Positions 29,789 to 40,026 of a DNA stretch of 64,000 bases are shown one piece after another. Positions within the stretch are counted from its first letter, which is position 1. Every line of letters starts with the position of its first letter. A model generated the notes under the pieces. The model did not search any database and was not told the DNA's origin. It saw nothing but the letters and a program-made list of their open reading frames with translations. The position numbers were made by a program, and so were the translations under genes. Origin of the DNA: Candidatus Jorgensenbacteria bacterium (GTDB lineage Bacteria; Patescibacteriota; Minisyncoccia; UBA6257; GWB1-50-10); NCBI GenBank assembly GCA_037444725.1, contig JBBILW010000001.1, positions 5,056 to 69,055 of the forward strand, in the 5' to 3' direction.

Positions 29789-30976
29789 ATGGCAGACTTT
29801 CAACCTCAGGGTCAAAATTGGTCGGGACAAAACCCTGTTATCGGCACGGGCGAGGGAGAGGTACCGCTTGCGAAACCTCCGATCGCCGACATGACTATGC
29901 GCACGATGGGCTCGGACATCTCCTCGATGAGAGCGTCGGGAGGAGGCGAGCCACGTCCGTATGCGCCGAAAGAAGTATCATATTCTGCACCCGCAGCGCC
30001 GATGCCGTCTGCGCCTCAAATGCCCGCCGCACCGCAAATGCAGCAATCATACACTGCCCCCTCGGCGTCACCGCAGATGAGTTTCGGCAACGTGGCACCG
30101 GTAAACGTTATGGCGCAGGCTGCACCCGCAAAATCGGGAAGCGCGCTCTTTATCATCCTTGCTGCCATTATTACCTCTGTTGGCCTTGGCGCAGTTGGAT
30201 ACTTTTTCGTCTACCCACAGTTTGCTACCCCTGCAGCGCCCGCAGTAACCGAGCAGCCCGCAGCACCGACACCGGGCACTGAATCTCCTGCAACAACAAC
30301 AGAGCCTGCCACGACCACGGCAGCGGCCACCGAACCTCTTCCGCCGACGCCGCCCGCACAGGGAACATCCACGGCTCCTGTAGCACCCGCGACACCTGCA
30401 GCGCCTGAACTGCCGACGGTTTCCGCACACGTCTCGCTTCTTACGACCGCAGCAGACTTTTCTGCAGAAGCAACACTCGGAAGCGTAACACTCGACGCAG
30501 TGAAGAGCGCCCTTACATCGAACCCTGTAGAGGTGCCCGTGCTTAAAGAGGTGACGTTCAAGAACGACACGGGAAAAGTATACGCATTCGCCGCAATCGC
30601 GCCCCTTGTCATGCCGACCACCCTCTCCTCGACGACACTCGCACTCTTTGCTCCTGACGCATCGTTTATTACTTATACGGATAAAACCGGCTCATGGCCC
30701 GCAATTGTTCTTCAGCTCGCAAGCGGCGCAGACGCGAATGCGGCCAAGACAGCCATGGCGGCGATTGAAAAAAATAACGAGTACGCATCGCTCTTCATTG
30801 TGAACCCGGGAACCGCGACCACATGGAAAGACGGCAAGGTGGCGAATGTTGCCGCGCGTTATATCGCATACTCGCAGAAGAACGTGGCCTTCAGCTACAC
30901 GTGGCTCGGCACCAAACTTGTGATAAGCTCAAGTTATGCAGGAGCGCAAGAAACCGCAAAACGCATCGCACAATAA
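29789..30976 (+). CDS. Pro/Ala-rich membrane-anchored hypothetical protein
   Basis: APQMPAAPQM repeats, a single TM helix (ALFIILAAIITSVGLGAVGYFFVY) and a C-terminal globular domain. Confidence 0.45.
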   Translation: MADFQPQGQNWSGQNPVIGTGEGEVPLAKPPIADMTMRTMGSDISSMRASGGGEPRPYAPKEVSYSAPAAPMPSAPQMPAAPQMQQSYTAPSASPQMSFGNVAPVNVMAQAAPAKSGSALFIILAAIITSVGLGAVGYFFVYPQFATPAAPAVTEQPAAPTPGTESPATTTEPATTTAAATEPLPPTPPAQGTSTAPVAPATPAAPELPTVSAHVSLLTTAADFSAEATLGSVTLDAVKSALTSNPVEVPVLKEVTFKNDTGKVYAFAAIAPLVMPTTLSSTTLALFAPDASFITYTDKTGSWPAIVLQLASGADANAAKTAMAAIEKNNEYASLFIVNPGTATTWKDGKVANVAARYIAYSQKNVAFSYTWLGTKLVISSSYAGAQETAKRIAQ

Positions 30977-31730
30977 CGACGACCTTTCACGCTGGAACCA
31001 AATCGCCCGCGAGTATGATACGCATATCACTCAGGGCGATTTTTTTCGTACAAAACTTCTCGACCCGGCTATGCACGAGCTTCTTCACGACGTGTCCCGC
31101 AAGACAATTCTTGATGCGGGATGCGGGCAGGGATATCTTGCCCATGCACTATCCGAACGCGGCGCTCGCGTTGAAGCCATTGATGGCGCAGAAACACTTA
31201 TAGCGCTTGCTCGCGAACATTACGGAGAAAATGAGCTATTGCGATTTTCCGTGCACAATCTTATGAACGCCCTTCCTTTTCCCGAGCAAGCGTTTGATAT
31301 TGCTGTCGCCAACATGGTCCTCATGGATCTTGACCCTGTGGCTCCCGTGCTTCGAGAAATTGCGCGCGTAACAAAGCCAGATGGCGTGTTTATCTTTTCG
31401 ATTCTCCATCCCTTGTTTGCGAATGGGACGCTGCGCAAAGGACTCCGCGAATATCTCACCCGCGCTCTGCCATTTTACGCACTGTCGCGCTACGCAACGC
31501 CATATAAAAAAGAGTGGCGCATCCCCGGCACTACACACACGACGAACGTATACAGCCGCTCTCTCGAGTATTACGCGCGAGAGCTTGCCGCGTCCGGCTT
31601 TGCGATAGCCGACGTGCGGGAACCGGTCTTTTCGCAACAAGAAGTGGAGAAGGAGAGCGGTGCCATGCGCCTTCTTGCTGAGATTCCCATGTTCCTCATC
31701 GTGCGCGCGATAAAAACGCATGAACGGTGA
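30936..31730 (+). CDS. class I SAM-dependent methyltransferase
   Basis: ILDAGCGQGYL motif I with a Rossmann-fold order of motifs. Confidence 0.7.
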   Translation: MQERKKPQNASHNNDDLSRWNQIAREYDTHITQGDFFRTKLLDPAMHELLHDVSRKTILDAGCGQGYLAHALSERGARVEAIDGAETLIALAREHYGENELLRFSVHNLMNALPFPEQAFDIAVANMVLMDLDPVAPVLREIARVTKPDGVFIFSILHPLFANGTLRKGLREYLTRALPFYALSRYATPYKKEWRIPGTTHTTNVYSRSLEYYARELAASGFAIADVREPVFSQQEVEKESGAMRLLAEIPMFLIVRAIKTHER

Positions 31731-31764
31731 TTGACAAGGCAATTTCATTCTTCTATTTTTCTAA

Positions 31765-32101
31765 TATGCTCACTAAAGAACAACTTGAACAACTCAAAGA
31801 GCAGCTCACCGAACAGCGGGAGACGCTCGCAGAAAGACTTGCGCAACAGAATCCGAATGTTGATTTCGGCGACGACGTAGACGCGGGCGACGAAGAGGCC
31901 GATGAGGCAGAAGCGTTTGCAACCGTGCTCGGCATTTCGCAAGTTGAAAAGGAACACCTGCTCGATGTGGAGCATGCGCTCGACAAGATTCGCAAGGGAA
32001 CGTACGGAAAATGCGAACACTGCGGCGCAGCCATCTCACACGAAGTGCTCGCGGTCGAACCCGCATCGCGACTCTGCAAATCCTGCAAAGCATTAGGCTA
32101 A
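31765..32101 (+). CDS. DksA/TraR-family C4 zinc-finger protein
   Basis: N-terminal coiled coil followed by CEHCG...CKSC. TTGACA(16)TATTTT lies immediately upstream, so the transcript appears leaderless. Confidence 0.65.
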
Positions 32102-33637
32102 ATGAGTTCGGTTCCCAAGATTTTTTCCGCAGAACTCGAAGGAATCGACGCTGAACTTATCGAAGTGGAGGCCGACTTAAATGTCGGTCTCCATTCGTTT
32201 AATATCGTGGGCCTCGCCGATAAGGCGGTCAGCGAAGCAAAAGAGCGCGTGAATTCCGCACTCAAGAATTCCGGCATCAAGCCGCCCACGCGCGAAAACC
32301 GCAAAATTACCATCAATCTCGCACCTGCAGACACGAAAAAGGCGGGTTCTCGTTTCGATTTACCGATTGCCGTCGCGTACCTCCTCGCAAGCGAACAGTT
32401 GAAACGCTTTGAAACGGGCGACAAACTTTTTGTCGGCGAGCTCTCACTCGACGGCTCGCTGCGCCCCGTGCCCGGCACATTAAACATCGCGATGCTTGCC
32501 GCGCGCACACACCTTGCGGAACTCTACGTCCCCGCAGCGAATGCTGTAGAAGCCGCTATCGTGCGCGACATTTCCGTTATCCCTGTGAGCTGTATTAAAG
32601 AACTTATCGACCATCTCGAGGGTACCGCAATTATCGCTCCGCAACCGCACACCGAATTCTCTCCGGGTTTTGCGCCTGCACAAGTTACGTTCCGCGACAT
32701 CCGTGGGCACGCGGGAGCAAAACGCGCGCTCGGCATTGCTGCCGCGGGCGGACACAACATTATTATGTCGGGACCGCCCGGCACCGGAAAAACCTTGCTT
32801 GCTCAATCACTTCCATCGATTCTTCCGCTTCCCGCGCTAGAAGAGAGTATTGAAATAACACGCGTCTACAGCGCCGCAGGCATGACGGCGCACGCATCTT
32901 TCATCGAGTGGCGGCCGTTCCGCGCGCCGCATCACAGCGCCTCGCTTGCATCGATACTGGGCGGCGGCACCAATCCGCGCCCCGGAGAAATAAGTCTCGC
33001 GCACCGCGGCGTGCTCTTCCTCGACGAACTTCCCGAATTTCACCGCGATATATTGGAAGGCCTTCGGCAACCGCTGGAAGAGGGTCGCGTCCATGTCGCA
33101 CGCGCAAAAAAGACCCTTGTATTTCCTGCGCGTTTTATTCTCGCGGCGGCGATGAACCCCTGTCCGTGCGGCCATTATGAATCCGGCGACCGGGAATGCA
33201 CATGTACCGCGCATGAGGTGCTCCGCTATCAAAAGAAGATTTCCGGACCGCTCCTCGACCGCTTCGATATCCAGATAGAAGTAAAAAAGATTCCCGTCGA
33301 TGAGTTGCGCGCAACGACGGAGGAGGGGAGCGACGACGCGATCCGTGATGAAATTGCGGCTGCGCGTGAACGGCAGAGGACGCGCTTTGCAGGACTCTCG
33401 CCGCGCATTCACACCAATGCAGAAATGACTTCGCGCCAAACAGAGCGCTTCGTGCACGCGAACGAAGAGGCAGACCGTTTTTTGAAACAAATTCTCGAAA
33501 CACGAAAACTTTCCACGCGCGGATACTACCGCATTTTGAAAGTTGCGCGAACGATTGCAGACATGGAAAACTCGATTGATGTCACCAGGGCGCATCTTGC
33601 CGAAGCATTCCAATACCGCCTCCGCGGCAATGAATAG
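32102..33637 (+). CDS. comM: YifB/ComM-family Mg-chelatase-like AAA ATPase
   Basis: Lon-like N-terminal domain, Walker A (SGPPGTGKT) and a C-terminal ChlI domain. Confidence 0.9.
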   Translation: MSSVPKIFSAELEGIDAELIEVEADLNVGLHSFNIVGLADKAVSEAKERVNSALKNSGIKPPTRENRKITINLAPADTKKAGSRFDLPIAVAYLLASEQLKRFETGDKLFVGELSLDGSLRPVPGTLNIAMLAARTHLAELYVPAANAVEAAIVRDISVIPVSCIKELIDHLEGTAIIAPQPHTEFSPGFAPAQVTFRDIRGHAGAKRALGIAAAGGHNIIMSGPPGTGKTLLAQSLPSILPLPALEESIEITRVYSAAGMTAHASFIEWRPFRAPHHSASLASILGGGTNPRPGEISLAHRGVLFLDELPEFHRDILEGLRQPLEEGRVHVARAKKTLVFPARFILAAAMNPCPCGHYESGDRECTCTAHEVLRYQKKISGPLLDRFDIQIEVKKIPVDELRATTEEGSDDAIRDEIAAARERQRTRFAGLSPRIHTNAEMTSRQTERFVHANEEADRFLKQILETRKLSTRGYYRILKVARTIADMENSIDVTRAHLAEAFQYRLRGNE

Positions 33638-33663
33638 GCAAAGCCGCCCGAAGGGCGGCTTGT

Positions 33664-34620
33664 TTAGTGTGTAGCAAATGGATTCTTTGCGCCGATGACC
33701 TCGAAGTGGAGGTGGCAGCCCGAGGGTCCGTCCGTGTTACCAGTGTTGCCCACAAAACCTATCGGATCTCCCTGATTTACTTCATCACCGACTTTCACCG
33801 CAACTTTTTCTAAGTGCGCGTAGCGGGTCTTCAAACCACCCGAGTGCTGGATGAGCACGAAAAGACCGTAGCCGTTGTTCCATCCGCTTGCGCCATCGCT
33901 GCGCAGCTCTTCATCTTCGATAACCGTACCGCCCGCAGCCGCGACGACCTGCGTTCCGCATTTATTTACAATGTCCACGGCATTTTGCGTGTGCAGCTCG
34001 CCCAAATTATTGCCCGCAAGCGGCAGCGAGAGAACTCCTTTCGCAAGCGAGGGGAGCTTCTCGGCAGCACGCGCAATCGTTTTTGCGCTCGGCGCGACTC
34101 CCGGAAGTACGAGTGTGCCCTTACCGGCAATTAAAATCTTCTGGTAATCAGCGTTGTGCTGCTTAATAATGCCTTGGCTTATTGAGAAATCCGCCGCAAT
34201 CGAATCCAGCGTATCGCCCTGCTTCACTTCATAAAGAATTCCCGAAACCGGTAAAATCACGAGCTCATCTCCTACGTGGACCGAACGCGTGCCTCCGTTT
34301 GCCCACTGTACCGTTTCACGCGAAATGCCAAATTCCGCAGCAATGCTCGTAATCGTGTCTCCCTTGCGCACCTTGTAGCGCTTCAGGCCGTCGCGCACAG
34401 GGGAAAGGTTAGTGAGAGGATTTGCGCTTGCCGTCGCGGAAATGCCGTCATCGTCTGTCGTCTTCACGGAGTCATCGCCCTCCAGCGCATATCCGACAGG
34501 AAGTTCGGAAGCGAGTGACAGGCTGTTTTCTTTTGCTACCGCACCGCCCGTATTAATCGCTGCGCCCTCATCGGAATAGTACACCGCCCGAGATTGGGGG
34601 AGTGGCACAAGATTCAACAA
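33664..34620 (-). CDS. LysM-domain M23 metallopeptidase
   Basis: Two LysM repeats and an M23 active site (HxxxD...HLHFE). Confidence 0.85.
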   Translation of the reverse strand: MLNLVPLPQSRAVYYSDEGAAINTGGAVAKENSLSLASELPVGYALEGDDSVKTTDDDGISATASANPLTNLSPVRDGLKRYKVRKGDTITSIAAEFGISRETVQWANGGTRSVHVGDELVILPVSGILYEVKQGDTLDSIAADFSISQGIIKQHNADYQKILIAGKGTLVLPGVAPSAKTIARAAEKLPSLAKGVLSLPLAGNNLGELHTQNAVDIVNKCGTQVVAAAGGTVIEDEELRSDGASGWNNGYGLFVLIQHSGGLKTRYAHLEKVAVKVGDEVNQGDPIGFVGNTGNTDGPSGCHLHFEVIGAKNPFATH

Positions 34621-34791
34621 AAGAAGGGAGGCTACGACGAGAACCGACCAGATGCTGGTCGTTGCGGTGATTTCGGGCGCGTCAGGCGCTATTTTTTTTA
34701 TGACCGCGTTTACTGTATTAATGTTATTAGTATAGCAAAATCCTGCGTTATTTCAACGTTACTCCGCATTTTTATGCTATACTTATGAGTA

Positions 34792-35145
34792 ATGAAAAGA
34801 ATAATTGCGTGCGGAATGTTTCTCGCGATTGCGCTCATTTTCGTGGCGCCAAGGCCCGCGAAAGCATTTACTTCGTTCGGCGGCACCGTAGTCACCACAT
34901 TTGCTCCCGCCGTAGCCTGTGCGGGCGAGGGACCCATCACCATTATTCCCGCCGGCTTGTTCCCGCCGGGTCCCTACGCCGCCTATCCGCTTACCATGCG
35001 CTATTCTCACTACTTTATTCATCCTGGCCAAAAAATTCTCGGGCTCTATATTCCCTTCTTAACGCCGGGCCTCTGCTGGACAACCACACCGATTCCCATA
35101 CCCGTGCCCGTGTTCCCGATAATCATGTTCGGAACGAGTCTCTAG
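34792..35145 (+). CDS. small secreted Pro-rich hypothetical protein
   Basis: Signal peptide MKRIIACGMFLAIALIFVAPRPAKA. Preferred over the overlapping alternative-frame ORF at 34785-35198. Confidence 0.35.
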   Translation: MKRIIACGMFLAIALIFVAPRPAKAFTSFGGTVVTTFAPAVACAGEGPITIIPAGLFPPGPYAAYPLTMRYSHYFIHPGQKILGLYIPFLTPGLCWTTTPIPIPVPVFPIIMFGTSL

Positions 35146-35149
35146 CCGC

Positions 35150-35968
35150 ATGCGCCAAAAACTTGGACAGCACTTTCTCACCGATATCGATCTTCTGAAA
35201 AGAATCGCATCGTACGTTGATATTCGCGAAAACGATGTCATTCTCGAGATCGGCCCAGGACATGGAGAGCTTACCTCGCATCTTGTTCGCGAGGCCTCTG
35301 CTCACAAAAATGTAAGAATTATGCTCGTCGAAAAGGACGAGTCGCTGGTCGTGAAGCTTCAAACAAAGTTCGCGCCCCCGCTTAAGAGCGGGGTTGTCGG
35401 TATTTTCGGCGGCGACGCGCTCGCGCTTCTTCCCCAAATTGTCGATGGGCTCTCAAAAACAGGGCAATCATACAAAATTGTGGGCAATATTCCGTACTAC
35501 ATCACCGGATTTCTCTTTCGTGTCATCGGCGAACTCGCGCACAAACCCACATCGTGCGTTTTTCTTATCCAGAAAGAGGTCGCTGAACGCGCCGCCGCAC
35601 AGCCGCCGCACATGAATCTCCTCGCCGCGAGCGTGCAGTACTGGGCGAATGCGGAAATGCTCGATTTTGTACCCAAAGACTCTTTTAATCCTCCTCCTGA
35701 GGTGGATTCCGCGGTCATCCGACTCGTCACCAAGACTTCTGCAGCCACCACGCTTCCGGAACAGTACTTTATGTGCGTAAAAGCGCTCTTCAAGCAGCCT
35801 CGAAAAAACATTCAGAACAACCTCAAAGAGCTTGAGAGCTTCTCCACACTCTCCAAAGAGCGAGCACTGAAATTATTTGAATCTATCGGCCATAAACCTA
35901 CTGATAGGCCGCAAGATATGCACATAGAATCTATCTTATTACTCGCTCATCTGTTGTATAATGAGTAA
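35150..35968 (+). CDS. rsmA: 16S rRNA (adenine1518/1519-N6)-dimethyltransferase
   Basis: QHFL start and VLEIGPGHGELT SAM-binding motif. Confidence 0.85.
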   Translation: MRQKLGQHFLTDIDLLKRIASYVDIRENDVILEIGPGHGELTSHLVREASAHKNVRIMLVEKDESLVVKLQTKFAPPLKSGVVGIFGGDALALLPQIVDGLSKTGQSYKIVGNIPYYITGFLFRVIGELAHKPTSCVFLIQKEVAERAAAQPPHMNLLAASVQYWANAEMLDFVPKDSFNPPPEVDSAVIRLVTKTSAATTLPEQYFMCVKALFKQPRKNIQNNLKELESFSTLSKERALKLFESIGHKPTDRPQDMHIESILLLAHLLYNE

Positions 35969-35973
35969 GTAAT

Positions 35974-36717
35974 ATGCGAACGAGATCCATCATCGCCTTA
36001 CTTGTACTTCTCTTTGGGGCGGGGAGCGCTGTTTGGATTGCGTCGCCTAAAGTTTTTAGCGGCCACGCCGCATCGGAGGTTTCTTTCGCCACAAGCAGCG
36101 CGGGCGCAGATCCGCGATTTACGAACGACACGGGCGCGGGAAGCGACACTTCCAATGACATTTCCGAGGAAAACGTGGTGCGCAATTACGGCAGAGAAAT
36201 TCTTCGCCTTAACCCGCAGGGCCAGGGGAAAGATGCTCCGATAATCGTTCCCAATGAGGCGGTTTTTTCTCAGATGATTCAGGATGAGATTTCAAAACCG
36301 ATTCCTGTGCGCACGTACACCGAAAATGATATTACCGTTTTGAAGGCGACAGACAAAAAAACCGCACTCGCGTACGCGACTGCGATTGATTCCGCAAATA
36401 AGAAGACCATCGGTGCGCTTGCCACTCCGTTCGTGGCCGCCGTCCAACAATATGTTTCCGATAATAATCCTCAGGAACTTTCCCGCCAGTCATCCGCCAT
36501 TGCTGCCTACATCACCGCACTTCTTGCGACGCCTGTTCCGCAAACCTGGAAGACGTTTCATCTCGGACTCATTAATCTTCTCAGCAAGCGCTTCGCATAT
36601 GCGAATGCCATTCTCGATAATAACGACTCACAGCTGAAAATAGCCGCGGCTCTCAGCAATATTATTTCACTCGTTGATGAAGAGGTCGAACTCTACAAAA
36701 CCATGCCCACCCAATAA
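35974..36717 (+). CDS. secreted hypothetical protein (first gene of the envelope cluster)
   Basis: Signal peptide present. No recognisable motif. Confidence 0.4.
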   Translation: MRTRSIIALLVLLFGAGSAVWIASPKVFSGHAASEVSFATSSAGADPRFTNDTGAGSDTSNDISEENVVRNYGREILRLNPQGQGKDAPIIVPNEAVFSQMIQDEISKPIPVRTYTENDITVLKATDKKTALAYATAIDSANKKTIGALATPFVAAVQQYVSDNNPQELSRQSSAIAAYITALLATPVPQTWKTFHLGLINLLSKRFAYANAILDNNDSQLKIAAALSNIISLVDEEVELYKTMPTQ

Positions 36718-36735
36718 CGGAACGGCACCACCATC

Positions 36736-38457
36736 ATGAACTTCCGCATTCATTCGCTTATCGCATCGTCGCTCTTTGTCACCGTGCTCACCACGAGTAT
36801 TTTTGCATACTATCCAGTGAAAGAAGTGCACGCTCAAGCCGGTACGTCAGAAGTCCTGGGAGCCTGCGGCGTGAATGCCGCACTCGATGCATTGACCGCA
36901 GTCGCGGGAGAAGCATTAAGTTTTTTAAGCACATCGGTTCCCACCACAAACCGTCCGCAACAACTTACGACAATTAAGTATGGTATTCAGCAATGTCTTA
37001 TGGCGATATTAAACCTCACCATCAAAGTCATGCTCGCGAAATTAAAAAAGCGGCTTTTGGACAGACTTACCGATGACACCATTTCCTGGATTAATGGCGA
37101 TGGGGGAAAGCCCAAATTCGTTACCAACTTCGGCGACGTGCTCAAGGAAAGCGCCGATGCTGCGGTTGGCGACACGCTCCGTGCATCGGGTATGGGTAAG
37201 CTCTGCTCTGACAAATTATCACTCCAAGTACAGGTATCATTACGAAAACAAAAGAAATTTTCCGAAGGTATAACCTGCACTCTTACGGGAGCGGCAAAAA
37301 ACGTTTCAGCATTTGCCGATAACTTTAACAATGGCAGCTGGATAGGGTATGGACAGCTTCTCGAGCCCTCAAATAACCGCTGGGGACTGCAGCTCCTTGC
37401 CATGGATGCGCTTGATACCAAAAAATCGCAGCTCAATGAGGCTACGAAGTTAAAAACCCAGGCAAGCACGGGCTTTACACCGACCGAGTTCTGTAAGGCG
37501 TGGACGCTTACCGGCGTACACACAACGGATGGTATCGGCAAGGTTACAGAAATCGCGCGCGTATCAGGAGACGTGTTTAATGGCGGACTCCGCGCACCGG
37601 AAAATCCTCCAAGTCCCACCGAGCGACCCGGAAACGCCGATTATTATCCGCCTGATTTCCCACAAAACTATACTGACCTTGCTTATGTTTGCGTTTCGGG
37701 AGACCGCGTTGTTTCAACGCCTGCGACGACAATCTCCGGCGCGACCGACAAGGCGGTTACGAGCGATTGGAATACCATCGCCAACATGGACGATCTCACT
37801 CCCTACATATCTGCAATATTCGATGCCGCGGTTAACCGAGTGAAGAAAGCTGGCGTGAAGGGTTTGTTGTCCGCCAAAAACGACCTCTTCAGCGACAGCA
37901 GCAAGACCGGCTATTCAGCCGGCGCGGGAGGGAGCGCAACTGATCAGACCGTTATCGAGTTAAAAGCTTCGTACGCTGCCGCGATGGCTGAAGCATCGAG
38001 TACTAGCGCACTTCTTAAGGCTGCGAACGACCAAATCACAACCGCGCTTAATCAATTGAACGCGCTTGGCGCCTGCCAGGCCTCCGTACTCGTTGCGCTA
38101 AATCCTATGGGAACGGTTTTTGATTGTCCTGCCACCGGTACAAAACTCACCACAGTTTCCAACTCATACGCATCGCTCAACACATACGCTTCAAATCTCG
38201 CCGATGCAAAAAAATCACTTTCACAAACCACCTCCCAGGTGAACGCCGCAACGAGTACCATGAGCATTACCACCCTTGCGACTCTTTCCTCGCTCGTGGC
38301 TGACGCAAGAGGAAAAATAGCTTCTATAGCAATCGGCGTTCAAAAGATTATTGACGCAACCACCGCAGACGCAACGCTTATAGCAAACGAACTCACCACC
38401 TGCTCGAATGCCGCAAAATTCCCCGGCACCGCATACAGCTGTCCTGTCTGGCCCTAA
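36736..38457 (+). CDS. large secreted hypothetical protein (573 aa)
   Basis: Signal anchor with a Thr/Ser/Ala-rich composition and no recognisable domain. Confidence 0.45.
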   Translation: MNFRIHSLIASSLFVTVLTTSIFAYYPVKEVHAQAGTSEVLGACGVNAALDALTAVAGEALSFLSTSVPTTNRPQQLTTIKYGIQQCLMAILNLTIKVMLAKLKKRLLDRLTDDTISWINGDGGKPKFVTNFGDVLKESADAAVGDTLRASGMGKLCSDKLSLQVQVSLRKQKKFSEGITCTLTGAAKNVSAFADNFNNGSWIGYGQLLEPSNNRWGLQLLAMDALDTKKSQLNEATKLKTQASTGFTPTEFCKAWTLTGVHTTDGIGKVTEIARVSGDVFNGGLRAPENPPSPTERPGNADYYPPDFPQNYTDLAYVCVSGDRVVSTPATTISGATDKAVTSDWNTIANMDDLTPYISAIFDAAVNRVKKAGVKGLLSAKNDLFSDSSKTGYSAGAGGSATDQTVIELKASYAAAMAEASSTSALLKAANDQITTALNQLNALGACQASVLVALNPMGTVFDCPATGTKLTTVSNSYASLNTYASNLADAKKSLSQTTSQVNAATSTMSITTLATLSSLVADARGKIASIAIGVQKIIDATTADATLIANELTTCSNAAKFPGTAYSCPVWP

Positions 38458-38460
38458 TTC

Positions 38461-39969
38461 ATGAAGTATCGCCCCAAATATTTATTCCTTGGACTAGTCA
38501 TCGCGGGAAGCGTTGCGCTGCTTACGCCTCATTTGGCGCACGCGGGCATTATGGATGACACGGCAATAAAAGTTGGCGTGGCGATGTTTAGTGTGGTCGC
38601 CTACATCATCAACACGATAGTCGGTTTCTTGTTCGTTGCTGCCGCATGGCTCGTCGGCATCGCGATGAGCATCAACGATACCGTCGCAAGCTCAACCAAT
38701 TCCATTGTAACCATCGGATGGGGGATATCACGTGATATTGCAAACCTCGGTTTCGTGCTTGCGATGGTCGTTATCGCATTTGCCACCATCATCAATTATG
38801 AACCATACGGCGCACGCAAACTTCTTGTGAAACTCATCACCGCGGCTATTCTCGTAAATTTCAGCTTGACGATAGGCGGCGTCCTTATTGATTTTTCAAA
38901 CGTCCTCACCCACTTCTTTCTCAGCCGAATCAACGTGACCCCTATCGAACTCGCGAGTAAGCTTGCGCAAGCGCTCGGGCCTCAGAAATTCATACTGGGC
39001 GACACGACCGATCCGCTTCCGCCCGATCCGAAGAACCAGCCGAATGTTCAGGAGGCGATTGGTTGGGGAGTACTGCTCAACATAAGCGGCCTTATATTTT
39101 CGATGGCATTCATTCTCATCTCCACCATCGTGCTGCTCACCTTTGCCGTCATGCTTCTTGTGCGTTTCGTAACACTTACGATTCTTCTTGCGTCAGCGCC
39201 GCTCTCCTGGCTCTTCAGCGTCATTCCGCAACTGAATAAGATGAACGATCTCTGGTGGAATAAATTTACGCAATGGACGTTCTTTGCGCCCGCGATGACA
39301 TTCTTTGTTTATCTCGCGCTTGCGGGTCTCGATGCTCTGTCGATACAATCCACTCCGGATACATTCTTCAGCGACCCTGGACTCGCCACCATTATGGCGA
39401 CGGGCATGAGGGGTGTATTGCTCTGCGGCACACTTGTTGGTGGATTAATGGCCGCAAATAAAATGGGTATTACAGGCGCGGCCGCGGGAATGGGCGCGGC
39501 AAAAGGCTTGTGGAGCGGCACTAAGGGATATGTGGGCGAGCGTGCAACCATGCTTCGCCAGCGCCTTGCGGCGGCGGGCATGCAAATCGATAAAAGCGGC
39601 GTGGCAACGACGGGCGCGGGGCGTGTCGCCGCAGCACTTGGCAGGGGTCTCTATCAGGTACCTCTTGTGGGAACAGGACTCGCGCGAAGGGCCGAGCGCG
39701 TGCGGGACGCGATTGGAAGAGACGCAGCAGCGCACATCGAGAATCGAGGGGTTGTGCGCACCGGTATAATGGGCTCACTCTTCCGCGGCGCTGCTGAGGG
39801 TGCGGGCGTTGTCGGCAAGAAAAAGGCAAGAAAACCTGAGGACATGACAAAAGAAGAACTGCTTGAAGAGCGGGAAACGCTTAAAACTGAAAAAGAAGCG
39901 GCCGAAAAAAGAGGGAAGGCGGCTGAATCCGCAAATATTCCGACGGGTGGTCAAACGCCGTCGGTTTAA
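38461..39969 (+). CDS. polytopic membrane protein, VirB6/TrbL-like
   Basis: At least six predicted TM helices and a Gly/Ala-rich cytoplasmic tail. The topology matches T4SS inner-membrane VirB6 proteins. Confidence 0.4.
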   Translation: MKYRPKYLFLGLVIAGSVALLTPHLAHAGIMDDTAIKVGVAMFSVVAYIINTIVGFLFVAAAWLVGIAMSINDTVASSTNSIVTIGWGISRDIANLGFVLAMVVIAFATIINYEPYGARKLLVKLITAAILVNFSLTIGGVLIDFSNVLTHFFLSRINVTPIELASKLAQALGPQKFILGDTTDPLPPDPKNQPNVQEAIGWGVLLNISGLIFSMAFILISTIVLLTFAVMLLVRFVTLTILLASAPLSWLFSVIPQLNKMNDLWWNKFTQWTFFAPAMTFFVYLALAGLDALSIQSTPDTFFSDPGLATIMATGMRGVLLCGTLVGGLMAANKMGITGAAAGMGAAKGLWSGTKGYVGERATMLRQRLAAAGMQIDKSGVATTGAGRVAAALGRGLYQVPLVGTGLARRAERVRDAIGRDAAAHIENRGVVRTGIMGSLFRGAAEGAGVVGKKKARKPEDMTKEELLEERETLKTEKEAAEKRGKAAESANIPTGGQTPSV

Positions 39970-40026
39970 AAAACCGAACTCTACGGCTAAGAATAGTGGG
40001 TCTGCCTAATACATATCAAAAACCGC

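Noticed and set aside
29789-30976. APQMPAAPQM-type repeats read as a DNA tandem repeat or contingency locus
   Set aside because: They are short, imperfect and in-frame, and encode a Pro/Ala-rich linker. There is no homopolymeric tract that would suggest phase variation.
34785-35198. Alternative 137-aa ORF overlapping the small secreted protein gene in another frame
   Set aside because: The 34792 frame has a canonical signal peptide. The alternative frame is Arg/Ser/His-rich and runs into rsmA.
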